This document shows, piece after piece, positions 1 through 12,365 of a stretch of 64,000 nt of DNA (positions within the stretch are counted from its first letter, which is position 1; the number at the start of each line of letters is the position of its first letter). Made by a program: the position numbers and the translations under genes. The notes under the pieces were generated by a model. The model was given only the letters and a program-made list of their open reading frames with translations. It made no database searches and was not told where the DNA came from. Source of the stretch: Macrostomum lignano (taxonomy: Eukaryota); NCBI GenBank assembly GCA_002269645.1, contig NIVC01001131.1, positions 1-64,000 of the forward strand, in the 5' to 3' direction.

Positions 1-51
1 ACGTCTTTAATACTCGTAGATAGTAAATCTTTTAATCATTTGAACGCTTAC

Positions 52-2787
52 TTTGAGGCAAGTAAAGCGACTTTTTTAACTTGCTCAGACCGCCCGCTGA
101 AACTCGCAGGTGATACTACGAACGCACTGGTGGTCGAGTCTGCTGTGACGAAACTCAAAAGTAACCACGGTGCCGTTCCGTTCCAATTTTCCTGGAATGA
201 TCAATCGTAACTTGCTTTCCAGAGTTTTTATTATCTTATTCTCCTCTTAAAAATACCTGGTCCCACGCAAGTACGAGTATTATTCATAGAAGATAATTAC
301 CGATTGGGGATAAACTTGGATGAAACGGTTTCCACATTCCTTGTACAATCGACAAGTTGCTGATGTGTCTTTTGCAGCAGTTTGCAAAGCAACTTTAAAC
401 ACTGAAGCGGACTTCTTGGACCATTGGTCTGCATCCCATATCACTTCGCTTGTCCCTGTGGACAAACAGATAAAGACAACTGTAAAAAATGTAACTTCAA
501 AACTATTTTTGAAAAGCGTATATGCTTACAGTTCATCAAAGGCAAGTTACGTGACACAATGTTTCCATTCAATAGGTGGCACTCGATAACTGAACCATTG
601 ATGTCTGAGGGCTTAACGTTCACTGAGAATAGCGAAGTTACTGGACTAGTGCAGGCATGTGCACCTTTTGTTTGTTGTTCTACCTAAAGTTTCATCGTCA
701 CAATTAAATGCATAAAATTGAACAACGGCCAAAACTTATACAGCGAAGCATACCGAAGCTGCTAATGGAGCCGCGACAATCGAGCTATTACGACTAGATA
801 TTGACAGTTCGCATTTTCTCGGAACGGAGCAGCGACTTTCCGCTAATGTTCGAAATTGGACCGAGCCCTTCAATGGCCACTGGTCAGGCTGTAGTAGCTC
901 AATCTGCAGTGAATCTGAAGATGCACTTTTTTAATAACTCAAATTAGAGTATGGTTCAGTGGAACTTCGTGTAAATATGAAAGTTGTTAACTCGATCGGT
1001 ATGAATAATCGAGATTACAAAAATCTTTTTGTATTTTATTTTCACTATCGTTTGTTACAAAGAAAAAGCTCGTTACGTTGCTAACACAGTGAAATGACTG
1101 TGACGATACCTTCCAGGCTGTGTTGTTTCTCCTGATGAGTTTTTTCCCAAACGACAGCCGCCAGCGCAATCATAGAGATTCGTGACATATTTGGATGCGG
1201 CTGGGAGCACTACTGTTGAATTTTTGATCGGATTCAACACCACCACAAGCTAAATGTGTTGAAAGCCCTGTACATCAAACAGTTAAAGCCTACCAGAAAT
1301 GTACAACTGACAGAAAAGGGGGCTAGTACTATTCTTAGAATTTTTAGACCATTCTACGGCTACTTAAACCTGTTTTAAAACTCTTGGCCCGTACTTTCAT
1401 TTTATTACCGTCCCATTACAGAATGCTGTCACATGACGATGCTGCAAGTTACAGCGAAACATGTTGGGAATACAAATAAAATATTTTCGTCATAATATCA
1501 ATTTTATAGAATGCAATAATCTTGCAATAATCTTCTTGTTTTTAGCATTTCTTAAGCAAAGTAGCATTCCTAAAATTTAAAGTGAATTGAAGTATCAATT
1601 TGCCCCATAAAATTTGGCACTCAAAACCATTCAAAACCAAAACCATTCTGCTTAACCTACAGCGCTGGCGGTTAGCAGCCCCCATTTTTGCAAACCAAGC
1701 TTTTGCTGATGGAAAAAAACGTTACAAAATGGTAGAAAACTTACCAATGAAGAACTGTCTTCAACGCAGAATTGAAACTGAAACCCGGGCCTCACGACAT
1801 ATTCATCTGTTTTCAACGCAAGCGTCACGCTTCCAGTGAAATTCAGCACATTGTTGGTGACCTTGTCATGTTTTCCGGTTAAATTCAATAGTGAATAGGA
1901 ACCAATATCAGACACCAAACCTTTGTATATCTGCAATATGTCGTTGCCGGCCTCTAAATGAAACGAATTAAAATAAATTCGAACAATTTGAAACTCCTCG
2001 GCATGAATACTCCAAGCCTTGATCAGCTGATTGGTGTAGTTTCTTGAACCGAATTCCGGATGACTCGTTCGTATTCCCCAGATTTCTCTGATAATTTCTA
2101 CGGGTATATCTGTCCAATTGTTTGGTAGGAAAAATATTTGGGTTGTATAATTGTCATGAAAAAAATAAAAAAAAAATTATTTACTTCTTTCTGTTATCAA
2201 TCCCTGCAAACGAACATTGAACGGAGCGGAAGATTCATAATGAAACCGGAAACCCGATTTCCACTTGTCACCTTTGATAGAACATCTCAGCAGAGCTGGT
2301 GCGGACACCCAGTATTCCGACAGTGAATAAGCATTTCTTAAAATTTGAAAATTTTCTACCGGACTAAATAATTTTTTTATATTTCCATACACGTGAACAG
2401 TGCGACAGACGATGTCAACCGTAGAAAATGAGATTTTTATCGATAAGCCGGCACCTGGATTTAAAAGCCAGCAGTGATCGAAGCTGTTTGCTAGCTTTGC
2501 ATTGTAGTCGATTGCAGCAGGACTAAGTGTGACGCTTCCGTGCATTTCAGTTAAATTAGACGGTGCTCTGCAGTTTCCTGGGGTTTTAGCTGAAAGTTTG
2601 AAAGCATTTTTGGATGTTTAAAAATCGACGAAATGGCGGAGTGCGCGCCTCTCATTGCCGATAGGTTAACGTCGGCAACAGCACTTCGTTTGGATCACTG
2701 TAATAAAAACTCACCCGCTAGTAACTTGATTCCATGGTTTATAACAAAAAGAAGGCAGACAGCCTTCAGGTTCGCTGTTAGCAACAT
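52..2787 (-). CDS. CUB-CUB/lectin-like/Ig-like cell-surface protein, paralog B; continues beyond the left edge of the window
   Basis: Signal-peptide exon 2787-2715 (MLLTANLKAVCLLFVINHGIKLLA). CUB exon 2589-2185 (GNCRAP...DHCWLL...SGFRFHY). CUB exon 2109-1745 (HPEFGSRNYTN...AWSI...LNLTG...FTGSVTLALKTDEYVVRPGFQFQF). Ig-like exons at about 914-730, 683-530, 455-301 and about 210-52. GT-AG sites and phases are consistent for exons 1-3 and for 683-530 to 455-301; the other joins are uncertain. Confidence 0.75.
1209..1485 (+). mobile_element. Penelope-like element 3' remnant (end of GIY-YIG endonuclease plus 3' terminal sequence)
   Basis: The plus frame reads IFDRIQHHHKLNVLKALYIKQLKPTRNVQLTEKGASTILRIF, matching the typical PLE C-terminal pattern (ILDR...KL.ILEALYIK..KP.LN.Q...L.IF). 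It is followed by TGACGA...CGAAACATGTTG...AATAAA. Confidence 0.65.
1433..1466 (+). ncRNA. Degenerate minimal type I hammerhead ribozyme motif in the PLE terminal repeat
   Basis: ATGACGA (CUGANGA-like, C3 changed to A), then stem II GCTG-caagtta-CAGC, GAAA, and palindromic helix III AACATGTT with a GUU triplet. Helix I pairing is poor. Confidence 0.45.
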
Positions 2788-3334
2788 TTTGGTTAAGAGC
2801 TAATAATTGCCTTTGTGGTGCGCGAACGGTTTCTGAGATAGCTTTGAATTTTAAGATAGATTGAACTCTTTTATTCACTTGATATAAACAAACGCTTAAT
2901 ACAGTTCCACAATCATCTGCGATCTCTTTTCCACTGAAAAGTTATCTTTGGATTAAGTCGATGTTAAAATTGACTGTCAGAGTTAACAGCGTGTGAAGCA
3001 GTATAGTCGATAACATGGCTCACTTATTGTAAACAGGTCTCTTTCTGGGTCACATCTGGAATTTTTAGTGCCCAATCGTGTTTAATTTTATACTGAAGGC
3101 AAGTTGGTTTATTGGTTGTCTTGAGTACTTTTCAAAACAATATTTGCGGACAGTATTTAAAATACGCTATGAGGTATTTTTATACTCGTAGCACATTATT
3201 ATGATGAGTAAAATTTATATCTCAGCATCCAACTGTGGAAAAGCATGTCTAAATTTAGTGATTTTTGTAAAAAAAATGGCATAGTTTCCATCAGTAATAG
3301 TATACGCCTATTCTTGATAAGCATGGTTATTCAA

Positions 3335-3660
3335 TATTAGAGGCAGGAGCTTTAGGAACTTTAGCCGCATTGTCACACAAACGGCGTCAGGCATTATTGT
3401 CCATTCCGCCGACTCCCCTGAGCAGACACACAAGCGCGCGGATACGTACGCAGTCATACGCACAGGCACACACTCACACAAGGTGTACAGTGGCGCTAAT
3501 TTTATTTATCGTTAGGCATGTACACTTCACTGTGCCTTGGGGTTGGCCCTCAAGAGCATTAATTGCACGAGCAGAGCTAAGCCGAGATGATCCAAAGTAA
3601 TGTGACTGCATTTGGAATCGAGCCTAGGCCGCTAACAAAAAAGAGCGCTGCACCGCCCTG
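3335..3660 (-). mobile_element. tRNA-derived SINE copy (same family as 49913-50274)
   Basis: The reverse complement shares GGCTCGATTCCAA.TGCAGTCACATT, GAAGTGTACATGCCTAAC, GCTCAGGGGAGTCGGCGGAATGG and CCTGCCTCTAATA with the copy at 49.9 kb. Confidence 0.8.
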
Positions 3661-5099
3661 TATGCTCAGGATATCTACTAGATCTAGGTTTAAATCAGAA
3701 TGAATATGCTTTTTTCATCTTAAATGAAGGCTGACTAAAAGGTTTGAGTCTCCGTCGGTGTTAGAGTATTATCAACATGTTAACCCTGTCATCATTTTGG
3801 CCTGAAAGCTTGTAGCCTAAAAAATCACTTATAAATTTATTGTAACTTTGATCGAAACAATAGTTTTTTTTTAAAATCTAAGTCTGTTTCAAGATGTTGT
3901 GGTGTGATAGGCCTCTTGGCTCTCTGTTAATAATTATACTGCTGTTACCAAATTGTTGTAGGGGTCGGGGTTTATTAACTTTATTCTGTTGCTGATACTA
4001 GATTATTACAGGGGATTTCGGGGGGTCTTTAGAATTTAGGGAGAAAATATGCAAATATCACTACTAGAAGGAGTATGCTTTAAAGTTACTCCTGGCAGCG
4101 TGAGTGTCCGAGCGGCAAGACACTGTCTATATAAACTAATCCGAATAGGGCTACGCAATGGATTAGAGTTTCCTGGGAAACGCACTAATGGGGAATTTCA
4201 ATATTTAATAGGGAATGCTGACATTAGGTAAGGGATGGGCCTAATGGGGAAGGAGTATAGGGGAAGAGGATTTGTCTAAATTTTAAAAACTTGGGATAAG
4301 TCGCTAGGAGCGCGCAGGGACTGGGCGGCCTTTGCGTTAGGGGAAGGGGAAGGGGAGGCTTGAATGCACACACAACTGGGGGAGAGGGGTCGAGGGGAGC
4401 ACAGTTCTTTCAACTAGGGGGGAGGGGAAGTGTTCGCTGGGAGGGGAGAAGCGTCGGCGCTTCAAGGGAATAGAGGGGTTATTTATTGGGGAAAGAAAGG
4501 AAACTGAAAGCTGAATCACTTCTATTTTTAGAACAAACTGTTCATACTCCAGACTCAGCTAGGAGCAATCGCCAGAAGAGCATGCAAAAGAAGAAGTTTA
4601 TTTGCGCGTATATATACTAATTTTACTAAATATGGCGGACAATTTTAAACAAAAAATACGTAAAAGAATTTATTAGCAGAAAAGTTACAGTATAAAATCA
4701 GTTTTTATTTACGTATACTTACTTCTGATAATGCTAAAATTAATAATGACAGGAAAAATGAATTTACGTAAAAAACGAGAAAAGCTAATGTATTAAGTCA
4801 ACTTGGTTACTAGTAAAGCAAAAATGAACGACAAAATATCAAGGCTTAAAAAACAGAGTTTATAAAAATAGCGCTGGCACATGAGCATGCGAGTTAATTC
4901 GATAATTTTATTTTGAGTTAGTATTTATTTTTAGGTAAAATTATTGCGCGTGAAAAGCGGAATAGAAACAAAAGCCAATAACAACATCATCAAAGGAATA
5001 TCAAAGGAATAATAACAAAAAAATTAAACCTTTACCGCATATCTATATTTACGTAAAGTATACTTTTGACGGTCCAACTAGCAGTCTAAATATTGTATT

Positions 5100-5701
5100 T
5101 TATAATAAAAACGTAGCTTACCACTCAATGTTATTTGTGACGAAATAATCGTTGCGCGTAAAATTTCTTCTCAGTAGTGCAGTCTACCTGATTTGGGACC
5201 TTATTGAAATAATCAGTGCGTATTGATCACTTTAATTTCCAATCATGCAGTAATTGATGTCCCCGGAATATAATTATGCAATTACTCTACACACTCTACA
5301 CAAAATCTGAATTTCACAGGAGAACTTTAATTCTCTTTAAATGGCAGTCTCACATGGCCTCACGAAAACGTACACTTCATTTTGCGATAGCAGTTACGAC
5401 GGATAAATGAAACCATGGACAATTCTAAATAACTTTTGCAAGCCGAGTTTGCCCCACAGGGATTTTTGACAGTCTTTGAGTATATGGCCAGTTGCAGGTC
5501 CAAAGACTGCGTCGTAACTTTACCAGGCTTGTCATTTGTGTTGTTAATCGTGACAAGTTTTTTTCCCAAGCGACAGCCCAGACCAATTATAGGGATTTGT
5601 AACATATTTGGAAGGCACTGGCAGTTTCCACACTCCTAATCCATATTTGAATGGCTGTTAGTGGCAAAAAGTTTTAATGGCATCTTTCTTATTATCGGTA
5701 G
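5100..5701 (-). pseudogene. Disabled exon-like remnant homologous to paralog B 987-1208 (lectin-like segment)
   Basis: Direct DNA similarity between 5500-5625 and 1090-1208. It reads TDNKKDAIKTFCH*QPFKYGLGVWKLPVPSKYVTNPYNWSGLSLGKK, with an in-frame TAA at 5660-5658 and a frame change at the T7 run 5558-5564. Confidence 0.5.
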
Positions 5702-5917
5702 CTAAAATAGTTTTCCATAGTATTTTTACAAAACAACAAATACATTCTGTAATTGTAGGTGAAGGTTTTAATTAGTTAGGATTTCGACCAGCCGTTTAAG
5801 CAACATAGATTTCCCTGTCCTCTATCTAGAATGATAATGATTGATTAGTTACTTTGTGAGCTATGTAAATCCTGTGTTTGAGAAAATAATTGTAAAAATT
5901 AATTGCACATAACTTAC

Positions 5918-8900
5918 ACAATCTTGTTCACCGTAATCTTGATTGCAAACAGCAACAGAGGCAGATGTAGCTAGCTGCTGCATCACGAGTTCAGTTGACG
6001 GATTTTGCTGACCTCTGCTCATTTTGACGAGTTTCGAGCAAAAAAGAAAGCTGCAACCAGGACAGAAACGACAGTTGCTACTGCTAAACCAATCAGTGCC
6101 GGTCGCTCCCACACTGTAGCGAGCCTGCCATCTGCAGTTATATTAATTTTAGCTAAAGCTTTTTGCCTGTGTTGCTGCAGACATTTCAGTAATTCATTCG
6201 GCTTTATTTACAATCATCATTAGTTGGTCGAAGGGTCGCTTTCACGAGGTCAAAATTTTTCATGGTAGATTTTTTCGTTTTTTACGTCTCAAACTCGTAG
6301 AAGTGACTTGCAATACTTTTTACGATTTCAAAATTAGAGTTTATGAAGTTTTGACTTCATGAAAGTGATCGAACTTTCTGATTTCGACAACATAAAATAT
6401 CGAGCTTATGAAAGTCCACAAGTTCATGTGTTTAGATTCAGAACCGCACTGAAGCCATGATAATGAATCCAACCTGTTTGCGATAATTAAGTAATTAAAA
6501 CTCACCTAAATTTAGCGGCGACAGCTTTAGCACAAAAGAATCGTTGACTAGCTTACAGATAATAACTGATCCTGCCAAAGCTGATGGCTGAGTGATCGCT
6601 ACAACTGTGACTTTATTGTACTGAAGCAACGAGGACCTTTTGGATTTGCTATAGTCTATAATAGAAGCACGTTTATGTAAACTAAAGTTTTAAAAGTAAA
6701 GCGAAATTTGAATATCTACATAATATGCCAGCACAAACCATTTTCGTTCGACGGGCAGTGATGATTGCGGCACCGACAGTCTTTACTCTGCACCGGTGTC
6801 GTACATTAGCACAGGTAGATTCAGAAACTACTTTGAATTGAAGCATTCCGGACAGAGGCCACAGATCAGGCTTTAGTAACTCAATTTTTACGGACTCTGG
6901 ATCAACTTCAGTGATTTCAGTAGCGTTTATTAGTATAGTTTGATTTTGAGTGTGACAACAAGGATACATTCTGATCTTTAAAGCGGATCACCATAATAGA
7001 AGCATCCTAGCTAAGATATATAAACCTCTGTCCTATTTTTTTGCCATTGGTCCTTGCGGCTAGCATTCTGTCATTGCTTTTTAATAGTACATGGAATATT
7101 GTACCAAATATTATTCGTGTTGATGCATTTCATATGTTACACAGTTAATATAATAATATCGCAATTTCAATCCAACATGAATTAAATCAACAGAGTTCCT
7201 GCAATCCTAAAAGTTAAAATAAATTGGGAAACTAAAGAAGTTGATGAATATTTCTGAATATCTATTAATATTTATTTCGCTTGCCATCGGTTCCTTTTCT
7301 GAAAATATTTCTGAAAATTTTTTTCTTGAAAAATTATGCAAGATAACAACACATGATATACTATAAATACTAACTTAATTTTTGCACTTAAATCTATTAT
7401 AGCTTGTTACAATGAAACTTGTGCAAAATTAAGAATTGTCGTTGGAATACAATGAAAGCAACTTACCAGCAGGAAGCGGATGGGAGATGATTAATTTCGA
7501 CAGTCCAGAAGCAGAAAACTGGCAGGTGACATTTTTGAAACAGGCGATCATTTTCGAACCAGTTTTGCGAAAATGGAAAGCAGTCTTGAATAAATTCGAA
7601 GTGTTCGAATTAATCACCTGAAAAGTCGAATTTTAGCATGAAAAAGTGCATGTTTATGAAAATTTTTTTCGAAATATCAATTATCGGAGTGCTGGAGTGT
7701 TGCATCTTTCAATATATATCATAAATATATAAAGTTCTATCAATATTCAGGATTATAAATGCTTTACCTTAAGTACTATGTGAAAGAATTATCAAGGGAA
7801 ATATTTATATTGCTAGCAATTCTTTAAAATTTGTAAGCAAGCTCGAAAACAACACTAATAAGTTTAACTAGACGTGATACAATCAAAGTTGCTGTGTAGT
7901 AGTATTTTAGAAAACTATATTCCTAATTTATTTACAAGCTATTTATAAAAAATATGTCAGGGACTACTCGAACATGTTTCGAACTCAAAAACATGTTTGA
8001 GTAGTCCCTGAAATATGTATTTTCGTGATACGCTCGTAAATTCATGTTCGAACATCGGGATTGCTCAAATGGCTGTTGCTGCTGCCTTTACCTTGATCGA
8101 TCAAGGTAAAAAATTATATACGCTAATATACTACTGCAAAGCAGCTGCATAATCTTCTATCCGTTGGCTTGTTTAAGGTAACGCCTTCTGTAAATGTACG
8201 CATGTAATTAAAACTCATTCGTTTTCATCTAGTTAAAAAACTCTTAAGACTTCTGCTACACAACGCGGTTATCCCTGGTATAGTACATGTATGTGCTGCA
8301 CACCTTTACTAAATAAGGTCCCAGTTCGAAGCTGGAACTGTTGCATTCGCTCCACAAATTACACCTTGCTTGTACGGAGAAGTTAATTGCTGGGTATAGC
8401 GAAACACTGAATTCTAGACCAAAGTGATTAGACTGGTCAGAAAAGTGCCATCCAACTTCGTAAGCCCCTATAAAAAATAAAGAGGAATTTTATGCAACAT
8501 TAATCGTATTTAAACCCTGCTGAAGGTAAAGCTGTATGTACATTTCGTTGACCGAAGCGCTGTCGATTCGTAACCGCCGTTCCGCAATTGGCACATGATT
8601 GTTGAGCCTGCCCAGACCGTGGGATGGGCAGCCACAGCAAATACCGACGTCACTGAGCTGAGGCACTGAGTACCAGCTGACTCTTTTGCAGACTAAAACA
8701 ATTAGAGAATCGAGGCTTTCATTAAAACCTGGCGTTATTAATAGCAAAAACGAGTTTCACTGACAAGGCTGAATTTCGTAGCAGTGTACTTCATTCCACT
8801 GGAGGTCTTTAGACTGCACCGGTGCCTAATGCGCGAACAGGCCGGCTCAGACACAGCACGAAAATGAACGACTCCCGTTAGGGGCCACAGCTCTGGTTGC

Positions 8901-11225
8901 AGTGGCTCAATATGTACTGATGTTGGGTCGGCTGAAAAATAGAATTGCACTTGTGTAATTGAAAGTTCCACTCAGTGGTGATTAGGGTATTCATATTTCT
9001 AACGGTGAAATTATTCATGGTAAACTAATTTATTTGAAATGTTATTTTTACCTATACATTACCACATATTGTGAAATAAAATGCTTAGTTGATAAGATAA
9101 CAAACTTCTTACGGACGGGCGGGGTGATTGTCGTATCGCCAGGTAGTCCAGAAAATTGGCAATTTATAGTAGCGATGAATAATACGGCCAAATTCTGATG
9201 CATATCAATCAATGTGTGAATTAATTTAAAGTCATGAGAATGGTGCGCTTGCTGAAATAATCAAGAAAACACTCTACCAACTGAATAAGTATATTAGCAA
9301 TTTTTTAAAATGAACATAATTGTTTTATAACTAACGTGCGCGACGACCACACTTTGATTGCAAACTGGGTGCAGAATGCACTTTCTAATGTGGCCCATGT
9401 CACTGTGCCAAATTGAAAAATATCGATGAGCCGTTTCGTCAGTATGGAGATAAAATAAAGTCGACACTTCGCTGTTTCTGCAAGCTGCAAAAACAAACTT
9501 TAATTGAACCAGCTTAAGCAGATTTTCGATTGTTTTTAGCAATAAATTTACTTTCCTTACAAGAACTAGGAAGGTCAGAAACACAGAATTGAAATTTGAA
9601 TCCGGATTTGACCACTGAACCGTCCGTTCGGAACACAAGAGTCACACTGCCAGTGAATGTTGTCTGTACTCCATTGTGGTCACCACCCGTTAGGTTAAAC
9701 AGAGACATATTACCAATGCTTGGTACGACGCCCTGAAATACTTGCAGCATGTCATATCCTTTTTCAGTGCGGAATGAGGCGAAATTTATCCAGACCGATT
9801 GTAAGTTCTTGGCCTGAATGCTCCAAGCTACTCTCAAATTGTTCGAATACTTTTGCGCTCGAAAGTCGGGATGACTGTATCGTTCTCCACTAATAGCTTT
9901 TATCATTTCTGTGGCAGGATCTGCATTTTATATGGACATACATGTATTAGAATAGTTGCAGTAAATGACGATTTTTAGCGATTTTTCAGTGTTACTTTTG
10001 TTTACATCACATTAAATAATTGCTATAGGGCAGATAGCTAGTTAAATGTGATTTTACTCTAATTGTAGTAGTGCAGGCTTGGGAATTGTTAGGGGGTTAT
10101 GATAGACAAGGGAGTTTGGGAGTTTTTTTTACCAGTATAGAGCAGTTGGGCTCTAGAAAAGGAAGTCATGTAGCTCATCTCGGGACTTAGAAAAACAGAA
10201 GCAACTGGAGCTTAGGGTCAGCTAAGATTAAGCGAGTTAAGATCAGGGAATTAGGAATTGGGAATACATAAAACTACTATCAGTAGTTTTCGCTAGTAAC
10301 AGCACACTATGGTAGTCATTATGTTGCACTCGGGAACTAATAATGCCTTGCAACTAATTGCATATCACTTTTCTAATTATAATCTTTCGAATTATAATAA
10401 CAATTATGGATTCCTGTCTTAATTATTTAGTCTTACATAATGAGAATTAAGAACAGCAGAGAACCTGGCTGGTGGCAGCAAATACCAATTCAAGCCAGTA
10501 TCCACTAAGAACCAAAACGAGTAAAATAACAAGTAGCCTAGACCAGGCAAGCCACGGCGAAGTTTTCTTTTGTGCCGATAAGTTTATACAAATGTAGTTG
10601 ACTAGACAGGGAGGGAATGATTATCCAAATTTCGGTGGCACTTGTCAATAAAATTATACACGGATTCGATGTGAAAGTGAAAACTTCAAGGACAGATGAG
10701 TATAATCAAATTTGAACTTTCTGAAAATACAGCACTATGAAGAGCTATATTATGTCAATATAAATATTTCCATAGATTTTCCCACAAAACAAAAAACGAA
10801 TGCATTCAGCAACTAAGACTGCGTAAAAAACTTACTGACATAATAACTGTCTCCCATAAAACTTGCACCAAACGTGGCCCTGTGCTTGTATCGAAAACTG
10901 AAACCCACGTTCCATCCCACGCCGTTGCTTTTGCATCGTAGTAGAACAGGGCCAGCGAGCCAGAACTCTGAGAGAGACGATTTTCCAGACGACAAACGGA
11001 ACCTCTCTGTAGCATTACTTGGCGATTCCGATCTTTCGTACAAGTGAACTGTGCGGCAAATGCTCAAATATATAAAAAGGGTGAACTGTATCTCAACTGC
11101 ATTGTTAGTGCTGAGCAGCCAACAGTGATCAACATTGACACTAGGTCCTCGGTAGTTTACATTCGAGGAATTAGCCTGGACAATACCTTCTGGTTCGCTT
11201 AGAATTGTATTTATTGAGCATGAAG
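5918..11225 (-). CDS. CUB-CUB/Ig-like repeat single-pass membrane protein, paralog A
   Basis: CUB exons 11225-10836 and 9920-9561 are homologous to those of paralog B. Further exons: 9484-9336, about 8931-8760, 8692-8542, 8467-8304, 7617-7467, about 6960-6700, 6655-6506, and TM exon 6131-5918 (PALIGLAVATVVSVLVAAFFF). Most joins are GT-AG and in phase; two need +1 nt. A possible signal-peptide exon at 11414-11349 (MVRLQLDWKIFLVLLLS) has an unresolved phase. Confidence 0.75.
7958..8010. mobile_element. 53-bp hAT-type MITE
   Basis: 21-bp TIRs CAGGGACTACTC(G/A)AACATGTT with 1 mismatch, flanked by the 8-bp direct repeat AAATATGT (7950-7957 and 8011-8018). Confidence 0.75.
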
Positions 11226-12365
11226 CTGGTTTTTCGTGTGAAAAGTAGATTAAGTAAAATAGGTAGAATATTAAATTTACGTAGAAAATTTTAAATGGTT
11301 GCACACCTGTTTATTTCTTGTTTTATAGAGCTTGTGAGAAGAACTTACCTCCAAACTATCAGTGCTTAGTAGTAAAACCAAAAAAATTTTCCAATCCAGT
11401 TGTAACCGTACCATTCTTTTATGCGTGTTTGAAGAATCTATAGCGAAAAGTTCCTATGTTCTGAATAAATTTTGTTGTCTTGAAGAACCTTAAAACAAGA
11501 TGCTTTAACTTAAGGCTGTGTAAATGGGTTCTATAATATATTTAGTCTCTCTATCCGTGGCCGCAAGAACAAGTCTACTTGTTGAATTTCACATGAAAGT
11601 TAAATATATCAAAGCAGGAGAACAACATGGACATGAAGTGTAGAATCGTAGAGTTAAATCTCAGAATAGATCGATTTTCTTTAACTGTAATATAGCGACG
11701 AATTTGGTTCAGGCTTGGTTATATACTGTATACCGATAGGATCGAGGCTTCATAACACTCTAGTGGTGTATCGATAGTTTCGTGGCGCAGAACCAGTTGT
11801 TGAAGAAAATGCTTTGTTTTGCGCATTTGTATAAGTGCGCGCTGATAAACTTGCACGCCTTTCGTCGCTTGATTTAAAAAAAATTTTTGTGACCAATTTC
11901 GAATCACACAAGAAGTATACGAATGTGATACGCTTGTATTCGTGGACTTGCAAGGGGTGGCAACAGAGGCGTCCAAGCAGCTCGGATTGGACTAAAAGTC
12001 TAAATTTGACCACCAAATGCAAATGGAAAAAGCCAAGATCAATTCTTGCAACGTTTTCTATCAAAAAGTCAATTTAATATTAGACTAGCTGTCTTCATTC
12101 ATTCTGTCTTTCATATTTATACTAAAGGACTACAATCATTGCTAATTAAAAAGACAATAAACTAAGACGCATTTTATAGCCCGTGTTTTTGTACGCGCGA
12201 CGCATGATTAAAAAAAAGCAAATTAACGAAAGAAGACAATTTTAATTCAATTTTTTCAATTTTTTACGCATCAAATGGCCTAAACAGAGTAAAATTGTTG
12301 AGAGCGTAAGAAAAAAATACGTGACAAACCAATTGGAGGGTTTCTTTCTGGCTGACATACATGTA

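Noticed and set aside
301-455. SEA domain call for EVIWDADQWSKKSASVFKVAL
   Set aside because: It aligns with the Cys-containing exon 8467-8304 and fits the Ig-like module better.
424-687. Plus-strand Cys-rich ORF (also 7436-7621 + and 5436-5639 +)
   Set aside because: Antisense to minus-strand exons that are supported by splice sites and paralogy.
4021-4560. LINE remnants here and at 10060-10290, 36865-37520 and 47990-48290
   Set aside because: Only vague motif resemblance (LPNSL, IFLLDFKA, LNVQSL) with many stops; not supportable without a database search.
6230-6478. Harbinger-like MITE
   Set aside because: The terminal inverted similarity is too weak and no TSD is visible.
11719-12077. 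Overlapping ORFs upstream of paralog A
   Set aside because: No recognisable domain or splice linkage.
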